Shown: in pieces, positions 63,685 to 64,000 of the stretch | Layout: each line of letters opens with the position of its first letter | Numbering within the stretch: position 1 is the stretch's first letter | DNA from: an uncultured bacterium | Lineage (GTDB): Bacteria; Myxococcota_A; UBA796; CAJQPC01 | Length of the DNA stretch: 64,000 bases | Assembly (NCBI GenBank): GCA_905480105.1 | Contig: CAJQPC010000032.1 | Coordinates: 827 to 64,826, forward strand | Reading direction: 5' to 3' | Program-made: the position numbers and the translations under genes | Notes under the pieces: model-generated | Told to the model about the DNA's origin: nothing | The model's database searches: none | The model's input: the letters and a program-made list of their open reading frames with translations, nothing else

Positions 63685-63872
63685 TCAAGCTCCCAAGCAT
63701 GACCAGCGCTGACGTAGACCTGATCGTCTCCGAGCTCAGACCCACTCACCCGCTGTAAAACAGCACCCTGTGCGACCGTAGTATTCTGGGCGACCGCAGT
63801 GTCCTGAACGACGTTCAAAACCGTCCCGGCGTCCTTGGCAAAAGCCAAGGACGCATTGAAAATACACAGCAT
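63681..63872 (-). CDS. Possible small protein (63 aa), translationally coupled to the next gene
   Basis: ATGA overlap with the gene starting at 63684. Its third-position GC is visibly lower than in its neighbours and it has no recognisable motif. Confidence 0.3.
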   Translation of the reverse strand: MLCIFNASLAFAKDAGTVLNVVQDTAVAQNTTVAQGAVLQRVSGSELGDDQVYVSAGHAWELE

Positions 63873-63876
63873 GGAT

Positions 63877-64000
63877 TTACTCTCCGCGCCCGGGATACGG
63901 GCGGGCCTGCTTTAGGTAAAGCGTCGGCTCTTCCCCGGCCTCGCCGTCGAACTTGAACTCCGTATCCATTGCGTAGAAGCTCGAGTCTCCGTATGCGGGA
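63877..64000 (-). CDS. 3' end of an upstream gene, cut by the window edge
   Basis: Open minus-strand frame ...PAYGDSSFYAMDTEFKFDGEAGEEPTLYLKQARPYPGRGE ends in TAA at 63877..63879. Confidence 0.35.
   Translation of the reverse strand, partial: PAYGDSSFYAMDTEFKFDGEAGEEPTLYLKQARPYPGRGE

Overview
GC-rich (by eye roughly 60-65%) chromosomal segment packed with genes on both strands. No rRNA, tRNA, CRISPR array, integrase or active transposase was found by reading. Housekeeping anchors are gyrA, nadA, hemL, aroC, rnhA and a split atpI-atpB-atpE operon ending in a clear intrinsic terminator. Between them lie many envelope genes (at least 13 lipobox proteins), signalling genes and redox genes. Recurring traits suggest a Myxococcota-like (deltaproteobacterial) lineage, but this is inference only: L-(L/A)-A-C lipoboxes, MopE-like Cys/Asp motifs, a Cys-rich protease tail, a DUF4388-like protein and a Ser/Thr kinase fused to an FGE-sulfatase domain. 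Many long ORFs in the track are antisense shadows typical of high-GC DNA. Several starts were moved inward using signal peptides, Shine-Dalgarno sequences and stop/start overlaps. The loci most worth a second look: (1) 22.7-30.4 kb, a kinase-FGE gene divergent from an FHA-wHTH gene, then a DUF4388-like protein, a small beta-helix protein, a PAAR protein and a Trm112-type methyltransferase, with no T6SS or eCIS core genes in the window. (2) 14.08-15.6 kb, a zinc-ribbon/lipobox/Cys-Asp-rich small protein 3 nt upstream of a radical SAM/SPASM enzyme, heading a long envelope operon. (3) 31.9-32.9 kb, a catalytically dead RAYT/IS200-like protein preceded by three tandem 27-bp palindromic units. (4) 36.5-37.6 kb, a candidate cobalamin riboswitch before a signal-less, orphan BtuF-like binding protein. 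(5) 42.77-42.84 kb, a duplicated 23-nt perfect palindrome between divergent thiol-redox genes. (6) 59.2-63.9 kb, a VTC/DUF4956/DUF2490 polyphosphate-type cluster inside a tight minus-strand operon. (7) 1-1897, an edge-truncated toxin-like ORF missing from the ORF track. All family names come from motif recognition by eye and need HMM or covariance-model confirmation.
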